Assembly (NCBI RefSeq): GCF_009914755.1
Contig: NC_060945.1
Length of the DNA stretch: 64,000 nt
Reading direction: 5' to 3' (one strand)
Source of the DNA: the human T2T-CHM13v2.0 reference genome, Homo sapiens
A program made the position numbers and the translations under genes. Under the pieces are notes generated by a model that was given only the letters and a program-made list of their open reading frames with translations, had not been told where the DNA came from and did not search any database. Of the stretch, positions 46,582 through 64,000 are shown piece after piece. Position 1 is the stretch's first letter. The number at the start of each line of letters is the position of its first letter.

Positions 46582-46708
46582 GGATATCATCAAGAAACAA
46601 CCATAAAAATGGGCAACCAGCAGCCTTCAGGGCTGCTCTGTCTATGGAGTAGCCATTCTTTTGTTCTTTTACTTTCTTAATAAACTTGCTTTCACTTTAA
46701 AAAACAAA
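46582..46708 (+). mobile_element. MER41 LTR U3/R fragment with A tail and TSD (retrocopy)
   Basis: CCATAAAAATGGGCAACCAGCAGCC..CTATGGAGTAGCCATTC..AATAAACTTGCTTTCACTTT then A tail; TSD AAAGGATAAAAG. Confidence 0.75.
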
Positions 46709-47417
46709 AAAGGATAAAAGAGAAACCAAAGATGGGAAAATTATGATTTAGTGGCAAATTAAACTATAAATTTATCAGGAGTTACATTAAACGTATGCAC
46801 AAAAATTGCCATAGTTAAAAGACAAAGATTGTTGAACTAGGTAAAAGTATAAAATGCAACTATATGCTTTTGATAAGACATACCTAAAATGTAAAACTAT
46901 AGAAAGGTGAAAACAAAAGCTTGTAGAAAGGTATACTATATAAATACTAAGCAAAAGAAAATTGATTAGTAAGACAAAGAGAATTTAAGACAAAAATAAT
47001 TGTTAGAGAGATTCCCTTCATAAGGTTAATGGTTAAATTCACCTTAAAAATTGTTTTCGGCTGGGTGTGGTAGCTCACACCTGTAATTCCAACATGCTGG
47101 GAGGCTGAGGTGGGAGGATGGATCACTTGAGCCCAGGAGGTCTAGGCTATAGGGAGCCGTGTTCACACCACTGCACTCCAGCCTGGGGAACAGAATAAGA
47201 CCCTGTCTCAACAAAAAAATATTTTTTTAAATTTTTGTGGGCTTAGAAATATAACTTCAAAATACATAATGCAATATTTACAGAATTATAAGGAGAATTA
47301 AACAATCTATAATCACAGCAAGAGATTTTAAGACACATATCTCAGTAATTAATAAAACAAGCAGACAAAAAAGTCAGTATTGATATAGAACATTTGAACA
47401 ATAGAATAAATGAACTA

Positions 47418-48646
47418 AAGCTGGAGGCATCACGCTACCTGACTTCAAACTATACTACAAGGCTATAGTAACCAAAACAGCATGGTACTGGTACCAAAAC
47501 AGAGGTATAGACCAATGGAACAGAATGGAGCCCTCAGAATTAATACCACACATCTACAACCATCTGATCTTTGACAAACCTGACAAAAACAAGAAAGGGG
47601 GAAAGGATTCCCTATTTAATAAATGGTGCTGGGAAAACTGACTAGCCATATGTAGAAAGCTAACACTTGATTCTTTCCTTACACCTTATACAAAAATTAA
47701 TTCAAGATGGATTAAAGACTTAAATGTTAGACCTAAAACCATAAAGACCCTAGAAGAAAACCTAGGCAATTCCATTCAGGACATAAGCATGGGCAAGGAC
47801 TTCATGATTAAAACACCAAAAGCAATGGTAACAAAAGCCAAAATTGACAAATGGGATCTAATTAAACTAAAGAGCTTCTGCACAGCAAAAGAAACTACCA
47901 TCAGAGTGAACAGGCAACCTATAGAATGGGAGAAAATTTTTGCAGTCCACTCATCTGACAAAAGGCTAATATCCAGAATCTACAAAGAACTTAAACAAAT
48001 TTACAAGAAAAAAATCAAACAACCCCATCAAAAAGTGGGCAAAGTATATGAAGAGACACTTCTCAAAAGAAGACATTTATGCAGCCAACAGATGCATGAA
48101 AAAAATGCTCATCATCACTGGCCATCAGAGAAATGCAAATCAAAACCACAATGAGATACCATCTCATACCAGTTAGAATGGCGATCATTCAAAAGTCAGG
48201 AAACAACAGGTGCTGGAGAGGATGTGGAGAAATAGGAATGCTTTTACACTGTCGGTCGGACTGTAAACTAGTTCAACCATTGTGGAAGACAGTGTGGCAA
48301 TTCCTCAAGGATCTAGAACTAGAAATACCATTTGATCCAGCCATCTCATTACTGGGCATATACCCAAAGGATTATAAATCATGCTGCTATAAAGACACAT
48401 GCATACGTATGTTTATTGCTGCACTATTTACAATAGCAAAGACTTGGAACCAACCCAAATGTCCCTCAGTGATAGACTGGATTAAGAAAATGTGGCACAT
48501 ATACAATATGGAATACTATGCAGCCATAAAAAAGGATGAGTTCATGTCCTTTGTAGGGACATGGATGAAGCTGGAAACCGTCATTCTGAGCAAACTATGG
48601 CAAGGACAGAAAACCAAACACGGCATGTTCTCACTCATAGGTAGGA
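47418..48646 (+). mobile_element. L1PA4-6-like ORF2 3' fragment lacking 3'UTR
   Basis: ORFs [25 protein letters not shown] and [17 protein letters not shown] are the L1 ORF2p C-terminus; frameshifted. Confidence 0.9.
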
Positions 48647-48864
48647 ATTTAATAAACAACAATTAGAATATCCACAATTTAAAAAATTGAGAAGTGTAGT
48701 TTATATAATTTATAAAAAAGTAATCTTTAGAGATATTAGAATTAAAAGATTCATAAAGGATTGCGTCCTAAGAGTTGGTGATTGTGGCTAAAATGCTAAT
48801 TTAGGGAAATTTATAGCCTTGGATGAAAACATTAGAAGTGAAAAAAAACACTCAAATTATTTTT

Positions 48865-50166
<1,302 letters not shown>

Positions 50167-50377
50167 TCAAATCAACAGTTTAAAATATTCCCACAACAAA
50201 AGCTCCATGGCTGATATGAATTCGTTTGTGAGTTATATCAAACATTCAAAAAAGAAATTATTATCATCTTATGAAAAACCATTTAGAAAATAGGAAAAGA
50301 CTCCTCAATCTATTTTAGAAGACTTTAATAATAATGATACCAAATTCTGGCAGGGATGACATAAGAAATCCAAAACT

Positions 50378-50683
<306 letters not shown>

Positions 50684-50879
50684 AAGAAATCCAAAACTAA
50701 ACAAAATATTGGCAAACCCAAACCAGAAATAAAGTATAATACATATGGCGATGTGCAGTGGCTCACACTTGTAATCCTAACACTTTGGAGGCTGAGGCAG
50801 TAGGATTGCTTGAGCCGAGGAGATTGAGACCAGCCTGGGCAACATGGCTTTAAACATTAAGAAAATACTTCATTTTTTC

Positions 50880-53960
<3,081 letters not shown>

Positions 53961-54224
53961 AATATACTGTTCATTTCTTTTTTCTATTTTATTTTTTAAA
54001 TTAAATCTACAGAAAAGTGCCAAAAAAAACCTTATTGGCAAACTAAGAATAGAAGGACAAAATTATAAAACTTTATTAAGAAACATTTAAGAGATCCTAA
54101 GTTTATGGAAAGATACATTGTGTTCATGAGTTGGAAGATTCAATTTTAAGAAGTTGTCATTTCCTTCTGAATGGGTTTATGCACTCAATGCGATGTCAAA
54201 TTCCTAACGGTGTGTATATTTGGG

Positions 54225-54257
<33 letters not shown>
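54225..54257. repeat. (GT)n microsatellite
   Basis: Direct. Confidence 0.95.
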
Positions 54258-54655
54258 AATTTGACAAGCTAATTCTAAAATGTTAATGAAACTATAAAGG
54301 GATAATAGTAGAGGGATTTAGTTTTGTTCATTTAGTGGTGGTCACATAGCTCCAAAAGCAGAAAGAGAGGGCAAGCCCCATTGCCCTGAGCAGTGCGAGT
54401 CTCTGCTTGTATCACATTTGCTATAGTTCAACTGAACAAAGCAAGACCAAGCCACGGGTTTATGTGGAGGAGGCAACTCAAAGATCTTCATACATGGAGT
54501 GGGAGAATTTCACAATACATGGAGTGTGGACAATTTCACAATCTGCCACGACAAGGTGCCACAATCTGCCACATCACTAGCAAGTGATGGAGGCTGTCCC
54601 AGTATGTCCCAGGCAATCTGTCTCCGGGGTTAATGTATGGCCTTATCTACCAGAG

Positions 54656-54865
54656 CTGCACCGTCCAATATGGTAGCCACTAGCCACATGTGTTTATTTA
54701 AATTTAAGTTAATTAAAGTTTCATTACTAACTTAATTATTACCCCAAATTATAAAATTCTGCTTGTAGCCACTAGCCACATGCTAGTAGTGGCTTGTACA
54801 AGCCACTCAATACTACACGCATAGAATATTACCATTATTACAGAAACTTCTATTGGATGGCACTG
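54656..54865 (-). mobile_element. MER3 hAT-Charlie MITE
   Basis: GTCCAATATGGTAGCCACTAGCCACATG..CAGAAACTTCTATTGGA. Confidence 0.8.
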
Positions 54866-55878
54866 TTTTAAAATATACTGCCTCTCTTAATAATATTGAC
54901 AATTTTTATATTAGAAATCAAACAGTAGATTAGTTGGATTCTCAACCATGTTCCGTGAAGCCTAAAAGTTCTTTAAAAACCTAAGGGGTCTTAGGAAGGA
55001 TGGGTCCTTATGGTAGACAGCTCTAACTGACAAGTGTGCCAACATGGATGTGAACATCACAATTTTGCAACATAAAAGCAATATGTAAGTATGCTCTAAC
55101 CTAAAAAAAAGAAAAAAAATTCTTACTACATCTTAAAGAGTCATGTTAAAGCTTTTTCAAACAGAAAAATACATAGCTAAGAAACCAATAATTATTTGAA
55201 CAGTTAACTACAAGATAATTAACTTAATGGGAAAAAAATGGGTTCAACTGTTGCTCATGTTTGCTTCAAAGAAATGCCATTCAACTGCGAACTTTGCGCA
55301 TTCATCTTATAAGTGAAAGTTCTGATGTCTGGGGGCTGTAACCCACATGCTACAGAAAGTCATCAGCTCCAAGCATTGGTGGGATGTGACAGACACCGTA
55401 CAGGCTATCTGACTCAACCTCCAATCCCAGTCTTTTCCCCTTACTTCCTGTGATTATTGTAGAGTGAAACTGAATGTTTCACTTTCCCAGCCTCGATTGC
55501 ATTTATGGACGGGCATGACACACAGTTCTGGCCAGTGAATGGAAGTAGCAGGCTTCTGGGGGCCTTATTTCTGGAAAAAGTCAAAGAATCTTGAACTCCC
55601 GTTGTCTCCCTTCCAATCCTCTCTGCAGTTAACGTTAGATATTTTAGTGCCACATATGTAAGTAACTCCACAATATGTTGTTGTTATTATCATTTTTGTT
55701 AGCCCATGCATTCTAGCAGAAATGATATTGCTCCCCTGTCACCAGGGGTGGGGAAGATTCTATTAAAATGCCTTAAAAAGCTGCTTGGGAGGATGTTAAT
55801 ACAAAAGTGACAAACATTGCTCTAGAGAGTCAATTATCTCTTAAAGAAAAGTTAAATATACAAGAAAACTACATTTAA

Positions 55879-56796
<918 letters not shown>

Positions 56797-57014
56797 TAAT
56801 ATTTCCTCTAGTGCAGACTTGCTGCTGACAGGCTTGGTCAGCTTTTATTCATCTGAAACAGTTTTTTTTCACCTTCATTTTTGAGGGATGTTTTTGCTGG
56901 ATATAAAATTCTAAATTGACAGGTTTAAAAACAAATTTAAAGACTTTAAAGGTGTCCTCCAATTCCTTCTGGCTTTCATAGTTTCTGATAAGAAGTCCAC
57001 TGTAGAGGCTAAGG

Positions 57015-58440
<1,426 letters not shown>

Positions 58441-58447
58441 AAAAAGG

Positions 58448-58758
<311 letters not shown>

Positions 58759-59581
58759 TTACTGTAATGTTTTTTGTGCTTTGTATATAATGTGTCTTTT
58801 TTCCCCTAGAGCTGCATTTAAAATCTTTCTTCTAATATTAGTTTTCAGTAACTGGATTATAATGTATTTAGATTGGTGGATGTTGTGTGTATGTTGGGTG
58901 TTGGGTCTATGTATTTATTGTTTTCAAATTTAGAAAAAAATTTTAGCCATTATTTTTTCAAACCCATTTTCTGTTCTTCGCTCCTTCCTCTCTTTTTAGG
59001 TCTCCAATTAAATGTCTGTTAAACTAGCTTATACTTTCTAAAGGTCACAAAATCTGTTCGGTTTTTTTTCCCGTTTTTTTTCTCTATATGTTTTATTGTA
59101 GATGTATCTCATTTCCTTTTTTCTGATGGGAAATTTATTTCTTAATTTTACATTGATACATAATAATTGTACGTATTTATGGGGTGAATTCTATGTCTAT
59201 GTCTTCGAGCTGCCTGATATTTTTTTATTCTGCAAGGTCTAATTTTGTTTAGTTCTAGCCAGTAAAATTTTTATTTCGTATATTGTATTTTCATCTCTAG
59301 CAGTTTCATTTGGTTCTTTTTTTACTTTCTAAAATTGCTCATTTCGTTATGTACATGTTTTCACTAACTTTTCTAAACATAGTTGTATTATCTGTTTTAA
59401 GGTCTTTGTCTACTAGTTTCTTCATAGCTGTCATTCCAGGGTCTCTTCCATTGACCAATTTTCTCCTGGGTATAGGTCACATATTCCTGCATATTCCTGA
59501 TTTTTTATATATCTAGAATTTGCAGTTGAATGGTGGACATTGTGTGTGTTACAATGCAGGTGTCTGGACTGAGTTCTCATC

Positions 59582-59862
<281 letters not shown>

Positions 59863-60104
59863 GAGTTGTCATCTTTTAAAGACTTTGTTTCAATAGGCAG
59901 TTAATTTACTTGAAGTTATCAGCTTGATACCTTCAACCTCTGGGAAGTGGAATGGAGAACACAGCAAGGGAAAGCTTTTCTTTATATATTTTTGTACATG
60001 ATATTTTTTCAATGAATATGCAATAATTTTTGTAAAAGTTATTTTAAAATCTTTCATGAACATGTGTGGTCATACATTCTTGCCTCGGCTGAATCTACTA
60101 AGCA

Positions 60105-60753
60105 TAGATTGAGTATCCCTAATCCAAAATGCTTGAGACCAGCAAGTGTTTCAGATTTGGGAATTTCTTCAGATTTTAGAACGTTTGCATACACACAATG
60201 AGATATCTTAGGAATGAGATCCAAGTCTAAACAAAAAAGAATTCATTTATGTTTCATATACACCTTCTCCACATAGCCTGAAAGTAATTTTATACAATAT
60301 TTTAAATAATGATGTGTATGAAACAAACTTTTTTTTTTTTTTAGAGACAGGGTCTTGCTCTGTCATCTCGGATCACTGCAGCCTCCACCTCCTAGATTCA
60401 AGCGATTCTCCTGCCTCAGCTTCCTGAGTAGCTGAAATTACAGGCACATGCCACCATGCCTGGCTAATTTTTGTGTTTTTAGTAGAGACGAGGTTTCACC
60501 ATGTTGGTCAGGCTGGTCTCAAACTCCTGGTCTCAGGTGATCCACCCGCCTGGGCCTCCCAAATTGCTGGGATTACAGGCGCGAGCCACCGCGCCTGGCC
60601 TGAAACAAACTTTTGACTGTGCTGTGACTGTAACCCATCAGGATGGTCAGGTGTGGGATTTCCCACTTGTGGTGTCATGTCAGTGGCTCAAAGAGTTTTG
60701 GATTTTAGAGCATTTGGGATTTTGGATTTTTCAGATTATGAAGCCTCAACCTG
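60105..60753. mobile_element. Tigger4/MER46-like DNA transposon, split by AluS (60328-60600, minus)
   Basis: TIRs ..TTGAGTATCCCTAATCC / ..CTCAACCTG|TA; Alu TSD TGAAACAAACTTTT. Confidence 0.8.
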
Positions 60754-61036
60754 TATAAATTAATCTTCATTTGATGCATTGTCATCATCTGCTCTTCAGG
60801 GTTTCACTATTTGCACAATAAATACTTAGATATGTGACTGGACTGAAACTATTCTAATCTATTCAGAGTGTTTTGGAATCAAACCCTTTATAATGTTTAT
60901 TAATTTCCCACTTGCCTTTTTCTAAACATACAATGTATTGTTTTTTTAAAGTTTATGTAAAAGCTTTCCAAAAATGTTATGAGAAGATATGCACATTCCC
61001 TACTACTGGGATTATTTGAAATTATTTTGGAGGTTC

Positions 61037-61916
61037 CAATCAATGCTATAGATATATATAAAACATATATCTATAGCATTGATTGATTAATATATTATAT
61101 ATTAATATATTATATTATAAATATATATATTAAATAATATATTTAATATAATATATATAATATAATATACAATATAATATAATATATAATATAATATAAT
61201 ATATAATATATTATATAATATAATATATAATATATTATATAATATAATATATAATATATTATATTATATATAATATATCATATGATATATATTATATTAT
61301 ATATAATATATCATATGATATATATTATATGTATTATATATATTATACAATATATTATATTTAATATATATATTATATAATATATTATATAATATATATA
61401 TTATATTATATATATAATATAATATATAATATAATATATATTATAATATATATTATATTATATATATAATATATATTATATAATATATTATATTATATAT
61501 AATATATTTTATATATATTATGTAATATATTATAATATATATATAATATTATATTATATATATAATATAATATATTTTATATTATATATTATATATTATA
61601 TAATATATATAATATATATAATATATTATATATTTTATATAATATATAATATATAATATATAATATATAATATATTAATATATATAATATATTTATATAT
61701 TATATAAATATATATTTATATACTATATTTATATTTATAATAATATATTTATATTTATAATTTATATTTATATTTATATTATAAAATATTATAACTTAAT
61801 ATTTATATTTATAAATTTATATTTATAATAATATACAATTATATGTATAATTATATATTATATGTATTATACATTAACATATATTTTATATATATATTTC
61901 ACATATGTATGTGAAA
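61037..61916. repeat. AT-rich (TA/TAA/TAT) expansion with terminal hairpins, in an old L1 RT region
   Basis: About 800 nt nearly pure A/T; 21-bp and 9-bp inverted repeats at the ends. Confidence 0.95.
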
Positions 61917-62516
61917 GAAATTATTTGTGCATGACAGTGTTGTCTACCCAGAAAATCTGAAAAAATAAACTGAAAACCTATTGGAACCAGCAGTAGAGGT
62001 CATTAAGGTAACCAGCTACCAGATAAACACCTCCCCATACCAACTAAGAGGAAACAAATTTCAATTTTATTAAAAATAATATTTCTATATACCAGCAGAA
62101 ACCAATCAGAAAATAGTTCCTAAACGGAAAAAATTCCATTCCCAACAGCAACCAAAAGCTAAAAAATAGTCCAAGTTTAATAAATGTTTGAGACCTATAT
62201 GACGAAAACTGCTGACATTATTGAAAGACATTCTGAACATATGGCCAAGGGCTGTCTGTTCTTGGATAGGAGGGTTACATTTATGGTGCATTATTATGTG
62301 GCAGGCATTTTAAATGCATTATTCCACTGAATTCTCATCATAACCCCATGACATGAGTATTGTTATTACTTCTGCTTTAGAGATAAATAAATTAAAGATT
62401 CCTGAGTTGCGCTAACTTGTCAGAGCAGAAAGACTGAGTTTCTGGTGCCTGTCTCCTGTCTTTTTAACCATGGCTGCATCATACTGCATCATTTCTCCCT
62501 AAACAGTTATAGATTT

Positions 62517-63870
<1,354 letters not shown>

Positions 63871-64000
63871 GGATATTATCTAGTGTCAGTGAAGACTTGG
63901 AGAAAAATCCTTATCATTGGTGGAAATATTAACTGATACAGCATTTTTGGAGGACAAATTAACATATCTATCAAACGTTAAGACTAGATCCTTTTTGACA

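Noticed and set aside
47789-48666. L1 ORF2p-like ORFs as a CDS
   Set aside because: Frameshifted, truncated retrotransposon fragment

Overview
Human-type, very repeat-dense non-coding DNA; an AluYb8 copy points to Homo sapiens. No protein-coding exon, rRNA, tRNA or CRISPR array can be supported. The listed ORFs are Alu, LTR or L1 read-throughs or chance frames. The window opens on the edge of a CpG island with an NF-Y box, probably the flank of a gene outside the window that I cannot name. It then carries about 65 Alus, many MaLR/ERV LTRs (MLT1, MST, THE1, LTR16, MER21), a solo LTR12C nested in a MER1A transposon, an ERVL integrase relic and a stack of nested L1s (about 38-63 kb). The most notable structures are: (1) an inverted templated copy of a two-Alu junction inserted into a neighbouring Alu, bracketing a candidate lncRNA last exon; (2) a polyadenylated, TSD-flanked retrocopy of a MER41 LTR transcript end; (3) the LTR12C facing the CpG island; (4) an ~800 bp AT-rich tract capped by fold-back hairpins; (5) several perfected palindromes. 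I found no convincing novel coding system. Repeat family names come from recalled consensus sequences, not from a search, and old-repeat boundaries are approximate.
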